This document shows positions 39,068 to 48,157 of a stretch of DNA of 64,000 bases, piece by piece. The number at the start of each line of letters is the position of its first letter. Position 1 is the first letter of the stretch. The notes beneath the pieces are model-generated. The model was given only the letters and a program-made list of their open reading frames with translations. It did no database searches and was not told the DNA's origin. A program made the position numbers and the translations under genes. This stretch comes from Acidimicrobiaceae bacterium (lineage in GTDB: Bacteria; Actinomycetota; Acidimicrobiia; Acidimicrobiales; Aldehydirespiratoraceae). Location of the stretch: assembly GCA_009845995.1 (NCBI GenBank), contig VXYK01000046.1, positions 95,547-159,546 of the forward strand, in the 5' to 3' direction.

Positions 39068-40165
39068 CTAACCAGCCTCCACTTCGCGCAGCGTGGGCGC
39101 GGTGTCCTCCGCTCCCACATTTCCGCGAAGTTCGTCTATCTTGTCGATCTCTTTCTGGAGTTGATTGCGCCTCGTGCCAGACAGCGATTCGAAGGTGCTG
39201 CTGACCGTGCCAAGCTGCTTCTTGACCCTGTCGATCTCGTCTGAGTACCTCTGCCACTGGTCTCCGAAGGAAGTCAGGTGGCTGAGGATCTCATCAGTCG
39301 AGCGTGCCAACGCGAACGTGTCGATTGCCTTGCGGACCATCGCCAACTGTGCGAACAGCGAGTAGGGAGAGCACAGCACAACACCCTGCCTTATGGCATC
39401 GTCGATCACTGTCGAATCGTGTTCGTGGATGAACCCATAGATGCTTTCCACAGGAATGAACAGCAGCGCGTAACCGACTGTCGTGTCCTTGTCGATATAG
39501 GCAGGTTTGGCTACCTCTTTTACCCGCGCTCTCACATCCTTGATGTACTGCGTTCTAGCTGCCTGGCGCTCGTGGTCTGTCTCGGCCTCAAGGTGCCTAA
39601 TGTAGTTGTTGTAGGGGAACTTGACGTCCATGTGGAGCTTGAGGTTCTCCGGTAGCAGGAACGTGAAATCGGGTCTGGACCCATCTGCCAGGGTGGCCTG
39701 CTTGTGGTACTGGATACCTGCCTTCATCCCGGCTGCCTGCAACACGTCCTCGGCTGCACGTTCACCCCACTGCCCGCGCGTCTGGTTGCTCGCCAGTGCT
39801 TCGCGGAGATCGCCTGTGGTCTTGCTCAGCACGTGGTGTCCCTCAGAAACGCCTTCGAGCGTCTGTTTCACTTCGCCGTGCTGGTGCGCGCTCTGCCGTT
39901 GCAGTTCAGAAATCACTCCACGGACATCGTTGATCACCTCCTTGGCGGTGATCTGCCCCTTGTTGTCCATCTCCTGCATGCCCGAGCTCAAACGGTGGTC
40001 GACCAATTCGACGACGCGCTCGACCAGCTTCTGGTCACGGGCGTCGCGCTCCTTATAGCGATCCTCGAACTCCTGGTCACGGCGAGCCCGAGCGAGCAGC
40101 ACCCCGCAGACGAATGCAACCAACACAGCGGCAACGAGCAATGAAATAACGGCTATTGAATCCAT
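39068..40165 (-). CDS. rmuC: DNA recombination protein RmuC
   Basis: N-terminal TM segment, coiled coil, and C-terminal ...PDFTFLLPENLKLHMDVKFP...ALLFIPVESIY... typical of RmuC. Confidence 0.85.
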   Translation of the reverse strand: MDSIAVISLLVAAVLVAFVCGVLLARARRDQEFEDRYKERDARDQKLVERVVELVDHRLSSGMQEMDNKGQITAKEVINDVRGVISELQRQSAHQHGEVKQTLEGVSEGHHVLSKTTGDLREALASNQTRGQWGERAAEDVLQAAGMKAGIQYHKQATLADGSRPDFTFLLPENLKLHMDVKFPYNNYIRHLEAETDHERQAARTQYIKDVRARVKEVAKPAYIDKDTTVGYALLFIPVESIYGFIHEHDSTVIDDAIRQGVVLCSPYSLFAQLAMVRKAIDTFALARSTDEILSHLTSFGDQWQRYSDEIDRVKKQLGTVSSTFESLSGTRRNQLQKEIDKIDELRGNVGAEDTAPTLREVEAG

Positions 40166-40232
40166 GCCACAACATTAGGAAGGGGGTGTGACACTCATAG
40201 GGATACCCCTCAGAAGCAGGCTGTTCGTGCGG

Positions 40233-41057
40233 TCAGGCGCGGTGCAACAACTCGTAGACCCTGCGCTTGGCAACACCCAGTTCGACAGCTGCCCGCGAAG
40301 CGGCATCCCTGGAACTCAAGCCCCGCGCCAGAGCCGCATCTAGCGCGGCGACAATTGCTTCGTCATTGGGTTCGGGAGCCGGAGGCGCTCCCTCGAGCAC
40401 CACCACGATCTCACCTTTGGGCTCAGAGGCAGACCAGGCAACCAGCTCAGCGAGCGAGCCGCGTACAAACTCCTCATGCAGCTTCGTCAACTCCCGGGCG
40501 ACCACCGCCCGCCTCTCTGTGCCGCAACACCTCGCGAGGTCCGACAAGGTCGCGGCGATGCGCTTGGGCGATTCGTAGAGCACACAGGTCCGCTGCTCGA
40601 GCGACAGTTGCGCCAGGCGACTCTCCCGCTCGCGGCCGCGTCGCGGCAGGAACCCCTCGAACGCGAAGCGATCAGTCAAAAAACCGCTGCCCATCAGGGC
40701 TGCAACAACTGCGCTCGGTCCTGGCACAACCACGACCTCATGGCCTGCATTCACGACAGCAGCGACCAAACGTTGGCCAGGATCACAGACCCCGGGCGTA
40801 CCCGAGTCGCTCACGAACACGACCCTGTGCCCCGCAGCAATCAGCCCAACCACCTCGGTCGACGCCGCGGCCTCAGTGTGAGCATCGACTCGCCGCAGGG
40901 CCTTCGCTCGCACACCAGCGTGGCTCAGCAGGCGTCCGGTTCGGCGAGTGTCCTCGCAACAGACAAGCTCAGCTCCCGCCAGTTCTTCCACCGCTCTGGG
41001 CGACAGGTCCGCCAGATTGCCGATCGGTGTCGCCACGATCACCAGCGCCGGGGTCAC
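40233..41057 (-). CDS. rsmI: 16S rRNA (cytidine1402-2'-O)-methyltransferase
   Basis: GTG at 41057 (VTPALVIVATPIGNLADLSPRAVE...) overlaps the DUF192 stop (GTGA). The track N-terminal extension to 41195 would overlap DUF192. Confidence 0.85.
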   Translation of the reverse strand: MTPALVIVATPIGNLADLSPRAVEELAGAELVCCEDTRRTGRLLSHAGVRAKALRRVDAHTEAAASTEVVGLIAAGHRVVFVSDSGTPGVCDPGQRLVAAVVNAGHEVVVVPGPSAVVAALMGSGFLTDRFAFEGFLPRRGRERESRLAQLSLEQRTCVLYESPKRIAATLSDLARCCGTERRAVVARELTKLHEEFVRGSLAELVAWSASEPKGEIVVVLEGAPPAPEPNDEAIVAALDAALARGLSSRDAASRAAVELGVAKRRVYELLHRA

Positions 41058-41392
41058 GATCTGACTTCTATCTGGACGCCGGGGTTGATGCCGAAGCGTT
41101 GCAACGATCCCGCCTCCGCTTCCAGCACATGCCGCGTCCGCCAACAGAAGCGACCAACCCGGCCGGGTTTCATGGTGGTCACCGCCAGCACACACATATC
41201 CGAGTCAAGATGAGCAACGTCGATCGCGAACTTCATGCCGATCGTGTGAACCGACTTCGTCGGTGACAACAGCATCGCGCCCTCAATTCCTTGGCGCCCC
41301 AAGAGTCCCTTGCGGCGAGCGCCACGAGTGTCCGCGACCTCTACTGAGGCGACCACCTGATCCTCGACTAGGAGCCAAGCCATAACTCGCAA
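41054..41392 (-). CDS. DUF192 domain-containing protein
   Basis: ...ADTRGARRKGLLGRQGIEGAMLLSPTKSVHTIGMKFAIDVAHLD...VLEAEAGS matches the DUF192 pattern. The start could instead be the Met at 41383. Confidence 0.7.
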   Translation of the reverse strand: MRVMAWLLVEDQVVASVEVADTRGARRKGLLGRQGIEGAMLLSPTKSVHTIGMKFAIDVAHLDSDMCVLAVTTMKPGRVGRFCWRTRHVLEAEAGSLQRFGINPGVQIEVRS

Positions 41393-41445
41393 TGTAGGGC
41401 TCGACGACTTATTCCGCTCCCCGAGACGACCGGTAAGCCGCGAAA

Positions 41446-42384
41446 TCAGACTCCGACGGGTTGGCGCTCCGCGGCCACAGCCAAGCGTTCTTCGCGTCGA
41501 GCAGCAATGCGTCGACCCACCTTGCCGACCCGGCCGATATACCGAATCAAACGCTCTCGCGCCTGTTCCGCTTCACCACTGAGCCCTTCGAGATCGGCCA
41601 CTTTCCAGTCACGAATCACCACCGGCTGCAAAATCTGATCGTGGTGGATTGCCAGGTCATAGATCCCGGCGTCCGCAATGGCTTTGGCGTGTGCAGTGAA
41701 GCCGGGAATCCCCACTCCGGGCATGGCAAAACCGGTCACCTGTTTCTCGGTCGCTATCACCGCAGCAGAGGAATCCATCTCGAAAACCGCGCTCATCGCA
41801 TCGCGGTAGAAAAGGAAGTGAAGGTTCTCATCGGCCGCAACTCGGCGCATGACGGCCCGGCCGGCCGGATCGTCGATCCGAGAACCCGTGTTGAAGTGCG
41901 AGATGCGGGTCGCCAACTCCTGGAGCGCAACGTAGGCAAGCCCCTCTGCAGCGTTGGGGGGTTCAGGGACAGCACCGGTCTGAACCTGGACCATTCGCGC
42001 TCGTTCCAACTCCACTGGGTCTATTGAGCGGGTAGCCAACAGGTATGCGTTTATCACGAACCCGTGGCGACCTTCCTCGGCGGTCCAGCGACGAACCCAC
42101 TCACCCCAGGCACCGTCGCGCCCGAACATCCGCTCAATATCGCGGAAATAGTAGGGCAGGTTGTCTTCGGTCAAGACGTTGACGAACAGCGCGCTGCGCA
42201 CCGCGGGCAGAAGGTTGGCCTCGGCGGGCGACCACTCGTAGTCGCCTTCGAATCCAGCCGCGCGATCCCAGGGAACCAGAGTATGTGGGAACCACTCCTT
42301 GGCGGTCGTCAGGTGGCGCGCAAGCAACCGTTCCGCCGTCGCTTCAAGCGCCGCAAGCACCGGTTTGTCCGCAGGAATGACCAT
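41446..42384 (-). CDS. Acyl-ACP desaturase (soluble di-iron, DesA-like)
   Basis: Di-iron motifs WTAEEGRHG and AADENLHF. N-terminal ...NLPYYFRDIERMFG... is typical of the family. Confidence 0.85.
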   Translation of the reverse strand: MVIPADKPVLAALEATAERLLARHLTTAKEWFPHTLVPWDRAAGFEGDYEWSPAEANLLPAVRSALFVNVLTEDNLPYYFRDIERMFGRDGAWGEWVRRWTAEEGRHGFVINAYLLATRSIDPVELERARMVQVQTGAVPEPPNAAEGLAYVALQELATRISHFNTGSRIDDPAGRAVMRRVAADENLHFLFYRDAMSAVFEMDSSAAVIATEKQVTGFAMPGVGIPGFTAHAKAIADAGIYDLAIHHDQILQPVVIRDWKVADLEGLSGEAEQARERLIRYIGRVGKVGRRIAARREERLAVAAERQPVGV

Positions 42385-42426
42385 ATTCGTTCAGCCTACC
42401 TGACAGTAGGCAGGCAGCGGGCAAAA

Positions 42427-43500
42427 CTATACTGCAAATCGGAACTCCATCACATCGCCGTCCTTGGCGACGTAGTCCTTGCCCTCCGAGCGAACCTTGC
42501 CCAGGTCTTTGGCTGCCAGCCAGGACCCAGCACGCAGAAGCTCGTCCCAAGCGATCGTCTCAGCTCTGATAAAGCCGCGCTGAAAGTCGCTGTGGATGAC
42601 ACCAGCGCACTCTGGGGCAGTCGCTCCGGCACGAAAAGTCCAGGCGCGGCTCTCTTTTTCGCCTGTGGTCAGAAACGTGCGCAAACCAAGCAAGTGATAA
42701 GCGCTGGTAAGGAAACGGGGCACCGCGCCCTCGCCGAGTCCGAGCGCTTCAAGCATCTCATTGCGGTCTTCTGTGCCGAGTTGCGCGGCTTCGGCTTCGA
42801 GTTGCACGCAAAGAGCGACGACTTCCGCACCGTTCATTTCCGCCGCCACCGGAGCAGCGATCTCGGCTTCTTGCCCGATTTGGCCTTCGCCGATGTTGAG
42901 TACGGCCAGCACTGGCTTGTTGGTGAGAAAGAAGAACTCCCTGAGCTGCCGTCTGGCGTCGGCATCAAAATCTGCCCGATACAACGGCACACCCGCGCTC
43001 AAATGATCGACGCACCGCTTGAGCAAGGCAACCGCAGCTCCCAGAGAACTGTCGCCCTTGAGCATCCGAGCGTGGCGGTCGAGTGCTTTCTCAGCGCTCG
43101 CCAGATCAGCGAGGGCCAGCTCGATTTCAACGATCCGCAGATGCTCGAGAGGATCTACCAGGCCGGGCACATCGCTGTCGGGAAAAGCCCGCAACACGAA
43201 AACGATGGCGTCAACCTCGCGAATATGCGACAGGAACGCGTTGCCGAGACCTTCGCCCTGGCTGGCACCCTCTACCAAACCGCCGATGTCAGTGAACTGG
43301 ACCGCCGCCGGTACGACCCTGCGGCTGTTGCTCATCTCCGCCAACTGGCCGAGCCGCAAGTCGGGCACCTTGGCAACACCGACGTTGGGGTCGGTGGTGG
43401 CAAATGCGTAGGGAGCCGCGTGCGCTCCCCCGCCCGCGAGCGCGTTGTACAACGAGCTTTTGCCCGCGTTTGGCAGCCCGACAAATCCGAATCGCTCCAC
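42427..43500 (-). CDS. ychF: Redox-regulated/ribosome-binding ATPase YchF
   Basis: GFVGLPNAGKSSLYNALA..., DIGGLVEGASQGEGLGNAFL, and a C-terminal TGS-like ...YVAKDGDVMEFRF. Confidence 0.95.
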   Translation of the reverse strand: MERFGFVGLPNAGKSSLYNALAGGGAHAAPYAFATTDPNVGVAKVPDLRLGQLAEMSNSRRVVPAAVQFTDIGGLVEGASQGEGLGNAFLSHIREVDAIVFVLRAFPDSDVPGLVDPLEHLRIVEIELALADLASAEKALDRHARMLKGDSSLGAAVALLKRCVDHLSAGVPLYRADFDADARRQLREFFFLTNKPVLAVLNIGEGQIGQEAEIAAPVAAEMNGAEVVALCVQLEAEAAQLGTEDRNEMLEALGLGEGAVPRFLTSAYHLLGLRTFLTTGEKESRAWTFRAGATAPECAGVIHSDFQRGFIRAETIAWDELLRAGSWLAAKDLGKVRSEGKDYVAKDGDVMEFRFAV

Positions 43501-43542
43501 TCCGCAACGCTATCGGTCGCCCTGTCGGGTACCGTCAAGGCA

Positions 43543-43875
43543 ATGACGAACGTGACCTCCCCGAGTCGCCTCGCAACAACCGACAACGACCAGTCGGCCG
43601 AACGCGCATTTTCCAGCTCGGTTCTCATCTCCGGGGTGCGCTGCAGCCTCACCTACGTTCTGATTCCGTTCGTATTCCCACTGGTCGGCTTCGGCACAGG
43701 AGTGGGTCCAGCGATCGGGATTCCAGTGGGCTTGGCAGCGATTGTGGCCAACTTTGTGAGCATCCGCAGATTTCATCGTTCCGACCATCGCTGGAAGGTT
43801 CCCCTGATCACGATCAACGGAGCGATCATCGTCCTGCTGGTGATCCTGGTGACCATCGACTTCACCCAGCTGTAA
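43543..43875 (+). CDS. Small integral membrane protein (hypothetical)
   Basis: 110 aa from the ATG at 43543, with three clear hydrophobic segments. It forms the tail of the spurious 603-aa track ORF. Confidence 0.5.
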   Translation: MTNVTSPSRLATTDNDQSAERAFSSSVLISGVRCSLTYVLIPFVFPLVGFGTGVGPAIGIPVGLAAIVANFVSIRRFHRSDHRWKVPLITINGAIIVLLVILVTIDFTQL

Positions 43876-44102
43876 ACCCCAGGTTCCCAAAGCGGTATGC
43901 TCGTCGAGAGCTACGGAGAGGCTCAGACGCAATGACCGAAACCGAGGAGTGGGCGGTCGCCGATGCCGAACTCGTTGAGGCGTACCGACGCCACCCGCAA
44001 GATCCCGCCTTCGCGGAAACCGCAAGACGGCTTGCGGTGAAAACGGCCCTACCGTGGTAGTCCGCGGCGCACCCGCTCTGAGACTGCCGGTATCCCGATC
44101 GG

Positions 44103-45530
44103 TCAGGTTTGCCGAACTGACGGCTCAGCCCCAGCGGACAGGCTCTCGGCGAGGGCTTGGATCTCGGTGAGGGCGGATTGGAGGTCTTCGGCGATCTCAG
44201 CGGCAAGGACTTCCGGTGGCGGCAGGTTGTCGGCGTCTTCGAGGCTCTCGTCTCGCAGCCAGAATATGTCGAGGCTGGTCTTGTCGCGGGCGATCAACTC
44301 GTCGTAGCTGTAGCGCTTGAACCGATCCGACTCCGTGCGTTCGTGGCGGGCGTCTGACCGGTAGCAGGCCACGAAGTCGTCCAAGTCGGCTCTCGTGAGC
44401 GGGTTCTGTTTGAGTGTGAAGTGCGTGTTGGTGCGCAGGTCGTAGACCCACAGTTCTCGGGTCCACGGGTCCCCGGCGCCCTCGCGGCGGCGGAAGAACA
44501 ACACGTTGGCCTTCACGCCCTGCGCGTAGAAGATCCCGGTCGGCAACCGCAGCAAGGTGTGGACCTCGCAATCGTGCAGCAACCGACGGCGGATCGTCTC
44601 GCCGGCGCCTGCCTCGAACAGCACGTTGTCGGGGATTACCACGGCTGCGTCCCCACCGATCTTGAGAAGGCTCACCACATGCTGGACGAAGTTGAGTTGT
44701 TTGTTGCGGGTCGTCGCCCAGAAGTCCTCCCGCTCGTAGCTGTCTGAGGACGACCGGCCGAACGGCGGATTGGTCAACACCATGTCGAACGGCTGCCCGG
44801 GGGGGTCGCGCAAGGCGTCGTCCACGATGATCGGCGAGTCGGACTCGGGGCTTTCTATTCCGTGCAACAGCATGTTCATGGCACACAACCGGGCCGGCAG
44901 GTCGGCGATCTCCCAACCGGTGAACGCCCCGGAGCGCAGGTGGGCGACCTGGTCGGGTTCCAAGTGCGGGAACCGTTCGACGATAGACCGGTACACGCCC
45001 AGGAAGAACCCGCCGGTACCGCAGGCAGGGTCACAAATCTGCTGGTCGGGCTCGGGCAACATCACATCGACGATGGCGTTGATCAGCGCCCGCGGCGTGA
45101 AGTACTGGCCCGCTCCCCTAGCACCCTCCTGGGCGGTCTTCTCGATCAGGCCCTCGTAGGCGTCGCCTTTGAGGTCGGCGTCGTAGCTCATCCACTCGTG
45201 CTGATCGATGAATTCCTTGACGAGCTGTTCCAGCTTGGCCGGCGTCTGGATGCGGTTGCGGGCCTTGTGGAAGACCACCCCGAGCATGTCCTCGCCGGCG
45301 CCCAGAGCGGCCAGTGCATCGCTGTAATGCGCTTCAAGTTCCGCGCCCGACCGGTTCAACAACGACTGCCAGCTGTACGCGGAGGGAACGATGCGCTCAC
45401 CGCCGAGCATCTCGTGCTGCTCATCGGCCATCTTCAAGAACAGCAGGTACGTGAGCTGTTCCAGATAGTCGCCGTAGGACAGGCCGTCGTCACGCAGCAC
45501 ATCACAGAAGTCCCACAACTTCTGCACCAT
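44103..45530 (-). CDS. hsdM: Type I restriction-modification system DNA methyltransferase subunit
   Basis: Start taken at the ATG at 45530 (MVQKLWDFCDVLRDDGLSYGDYLEQLTYLLFLKMADE = HsdM N-terminal domain). SAM motif DPACGTGGF and catalytic NPPFG. Confidence 0.9.
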   Translation of the reverse strand: MVQKLWDFCDVLRDDGLSYGDYLEQLTYLLFLKMADEQHEMLGGERIVPSAYSWQSLLNRSGAELEAHYSDALAALGAGEDMLGVVFHKARNRIQTPAKLEQLVKEFIDQHEWMSYDADLKGDAYEGLIEKTAQEGARGAGQYFTPRALINAIVDVMLPEPDQQICDPACGTGGFFLGVYRSIVERFPHLEPDQVAHLRSGAFTGWEIADLPARLCAMNMLLHGIESPESDSPIIVDDALRDPPGQPFDMVLTNPPFGRSSSDSYEREDFWATTRNKQLNFVQHVVSLLKIGGDAAVVIPDNVLFEAGAGETIRRRLLHDCEVHTLLRLPTGIFYAQGVKANVLFFRRREGAGDPWTRELWVYDLRTNTHFTLKQNPLTRADLDDFVACYRSDARHERTESDRFKRYSYDELIARDKTSLDIFWLRDESLEDADNLPPPEVLAAEIAEDLQSALTEIQALAESLSAGAEPSVRQT

Positions 45531-45888
45531 CGCATTCGGGTCTTGAGAGGTCACCGGCGAACGCTCACAATGACGGATCAATCATGTCATCAATGTCGGA
45601 CCGAAGTCGCCCCGGATGAACGCAGGGAAGGTGGCGCTGGCGTTCGACCAAGGTCTAGGCACCAGCTCGCTGCGGTGCAAGGAACGCCGTTCCGCCCAAT
45701 CTTGATCCGATCCATGCAGCGGATTGTCTTGTCTCATGTCGAGATAGTATGCCCGGTACATCCCTACAGTCGCTTCGGCGGCTGGGGCGAAGGCCCGCCT
45801 CGGCGTGCCTTCAGGCTTTCCACTGGCGCAAAGTTCGTGGGAATGGCGTTTGGGGTCGCTAGGAAGGTCCCACCCAGAAACGGCGGCA

Positions 45889-46488
45889 ATGAACAACCCG
45901 GTACCATCCGATAACCAACCGATTCCCGACGGCCTCGTCGCGGCCGTAGACGAGGCCGTTGCCGAGCTTCAAGGTGGCATAACCTACGTGCTTGCCGCTG
46001 TTATCTTCGGTGAGCCTTACGCCGCTCGCCAAGATGCGCAGCACCTGATTGCGGATCGGACACGGAGGTTCCACTGGCACAGGGAAGGGCCGACAGCCCG
46101 GTCTGCGGCCGTTGAACTGATCGCTACCCACGCGATCGCGACTTCAATCCTTGTGCAACGCGCGAGTCGTCAGGCACAAACCGCAACACGTGCAAATCTC
46201 CTGACCGAACTCGTTGCCGAACTAGCCAACGACGGGGTCAGGCATGTTGTGATTGAGTCGCGCGGTTCGCGCGAGGACGGACGCGACCGCGCAACGATCC
46301 TCAACTGTTTCCGCGAGCGATCGGTTGCCACCCTCAGCTACGACTGGCGGACGAAAGTCGAGCCGCTGTTGTGGTATCCCGACGCGATGGCCGGTGTCGT
46401 ACGCGAACAGATCATCAACGGGCGTTCAACGAGGTTCGACTACTTACAGCGAACTCGCACCGTGACCGATGTTCGCTATCTGGGCTGA
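45889..46488 (+). CDS. Hypothetical protein (weak DUF3800-like pattern)
   Basis: 199 aa from the ATG at 45889. RRFHWHRE and ...EPLLWYPDAMAGVV recall the FH and LQxADxxA motifs of DUF3800, but the first acidic (DESG-like) motif is not evident (ITYVLAAV). Confidence 0.4.
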   Translation: MNNPVPSDNQPIPDGLVAAVDEAVAELQGGITYVLAAVIFGEPYAARQDAQHLIADRTRRFHWHREGPTARSAAVELIATHAIATSILVQRASRQAQTATRANLLTELVAELANDGVRHVVIESRGSREDGRDRATILNCFRERSVATLSYDWRTKVEPLLWYPDAMAGVVREQIINGRSTRFDYLQRTRTVTDVRYLG

Positions 46489-46831
46489 ACCAACCCATGC
46501 ATGCGTATGCCCCGGCTCCCGTCCTAGGCGATCCAATCGGATCCTCGGACTGGCCCTCCGGGGCATACGGCTTCCTCACGGAACAGTACCGAGAGGCTCT
46601 TTCATTATGCGTCCAGAGAACTCTTCAATCAACCGTGATCGCCGACAATCAGGCATTTCTCTAGGCCAGATTGTGCCGTCCGACGCAATCCACCCCTTCT
46701 GTTGCCACGCGAAGGCCCGCCGCTCTGACTGCGTGTCGCTCCACGATGAGCGGCCGATCTCGCACAGACCACTTACGTACAAATCAGAAATATGCTTTTG
46801 TACATTGCCGCAGGGCTGCTACAGTTCGAAC

Positions 46832-47095
46832 ATGAACGTTGCGGCAACTGAATTCCGAGCTCAGTTGCGTCATTGGCTGGATTGCGCCCGAGCCGGCGAA
46901 GAAGTGGTCATCACCGAACGCGGGGTTCCTGTCGCCAGGCTCTCGGGCATCGACTCTACGCCGATGATCGAGAGGCTGACGGCGCAGGGGGTGATCTCCG
47001 CTCCGAAGAGCAGCGAACGACCCCGAGCGGCCGACCAGCAACTTCCACGTCCCCGGGTGCCCTTGTCCGAACTTGTGAGTGATCAACGGCGCTGA
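46832..47095 (+). CDS. Phd/YefM-family type II antitoxin
   Basis: MNVAATEFRAQLRHWLDCARAGEEVVITERGVPVARL is the typical Phd/YefM N-terminus. It lies 3 nt upstream of a PIN toxin gene. Confidence 0.8.
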   Translation: MNVAATEFRAQLRHWLDCARAGEEVVITERGVPVARLSGIDSTPMIERLTAQGVISAPKSSERPRAADQQLPRPRVPLSELVSDQRR

Positions 47096-47098
47096 ACT

Positions 47099-47545
47099 GT
47101 GGCCATCGCCTACTTCGATGCCAGCGCGCTCGTGAAGCTGCTCGTGAACGAGTCTGGCAGCGATGTTGCCGCAGCGATCTGGGATGGATGCGACGCTGCC
47201 TTCGCCAGCAGACTCGCTTATCCCGAAGTCTGCGCCTCGCTCGCTGCCGCAGGACGCCGGGGCGACCTCGGTCCCGAAGAGTTGGTCGAATGTCGGTACC
47301 GCTGGCAGCAGTTCTGGGCCAGTATCGGGCCAGTCGAGCTCAACGCGCAGGTCGAACAGTCTGCCGGCCGACTCGCCCGACATCACGGACTGCGCGGCGC
47401 CGATGCCGTCCACCTCGCGAGCGCTCTGGCACTTGAGTCAGCCGACCTCGTGGTCGCGGTGTGGGATCGGCGTCTCCACGCCGGAGCAGTAGCCGAACGA
47501 CTGACCGTCGCACCCGCCGCGCTGCCAGCTTCTGGGGTCGTCTGA
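47099..47545 (+). CDS. vapC: PIN-domain toxin (VapC family)
   Basis: GTG start; AIAYFDASALVKLLVNE... and ...LRGADAVHLASALAL... contain the conserved PIN acidic residues. Confidence 0.8.
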   Translation: MAIAYFDASALVKLLVNESGSDVAAAIWDGCDAAFASRLAYPEVCASLAAAGRRGDLGPEELVECRYRWQQFWASIGPVELNAQVEQSAGRLARHHGLRGADAVHLASALALESADLVVAVWDRRLHAGAVAERLTVAPAALPASGVV

Positions 47546-47644
47546 ACTTCCGGGGGAACACCGATGAGTTCAAGGGCTATCCGTCGCCGTCAGCTGCGAT
47601 GGTGCGGAACGTGATCGAGACGCGCCTCCGCCGCTTCGTCTTTG

Positions 47645-48073
47645 TCATATCGAGCCACGACACGTTCGCAACTTTCGTATATAAGCCCCCAAAAATACAA
47701 CGTAACGCTGGTCCGGACCCATGTCCCCGAAGTCTTCAACCGGCCCGAACACGACCGACTCGTCGGAGTCGATGCCAAGCTCGCTCAACGGAACGGGTGG
47801 GGCGCACTTGACCCGGACCTGTTTCGCAACCCGGTTTCCGACATTCATCAACTCCAAGTAGAAGGCATCTGGACACAAAATCCGCAGGGTCAGTTGCGGC
47901 CGACTTCGGTAGGCCCAATACCAGAGCGCCCCCAACGCAGCCAACCCTTGAACGAACGCTTCACTCCATTCGGACCCGGCCCGCCACACGAGCAAGAGTG
48001 CCATAGCGATTACAAATACAGCAACCAACCACCAAGCGACACGCATTAGCCGCGACCTGACTTCCATCGACAA
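47645..48073 (-). CDS. Hypothetical membrane-anchored protein downstream of hsdS
   Basis: N-terminal TM segment (WWLVAVFVIAMALLLVW). Low-GC gene. A possible frameshift at a T5G5 tract near the 3' end would extend it to 47590. Confidence 0.45.
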   Translation of the reverse strand: MSMEVRSRLMRVAWWLVAVFVIAMALLLVWRAGSEWSEAFVQGLAALGALWYWAYRSRPQLTLRILCPDAFYLELMNVGNRVAKQVRVKCAPPVPLSELGIDSDESVVFGPVEDFGDMGPDQRYVVFLGAYIRKLRTCRGSI

Positions 48074-48157
48074 CTTCCTCTCAAATCGGCTACCGACCGC
48101 GGTTTGAGGACCTCGGGCCGCTACGAAACGCGTTGAAGCATATCCGAAGCTGGCTGA

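Noticed and set aside
42064-43875. 603-aa plus-strand ORF, the longest unexplained ORF in the track
   Set aside because: It runs antisense to the acyl-ACP desaturase and ychF genes, both of which have unmistakable motifs. It is the usual high-GC shadow ORF. Only its last 110 codons (43543-43875, a small membrane protein downstream of ychF) were kept.
43932-44060. 42-aa ORF MTETEEWAVADAELVEAYRRHPQDPAFAETARRLAVKTALPW between the membrane protein gene and hsdM
   Set aside because: The codon usage is plausible, but it is short, has no recognisable motif and no clear ribosome-binding site. It may be a gene remnant at the island border, and the evidence is too weak to annotate.
45582-45896. 104-aa minus-strand ORF immediately upstream of hsdM (possible controller or accessory protein)
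   Set aside because: It has no HTH or other motif and mixed codon usage. It overlaps the start region of the plus-strand 199-aa gene. The hsdM extension it abuts relies on a TTG start upstream of the canonical HsdM N-terminus. It is treated as non-coding promoter region.
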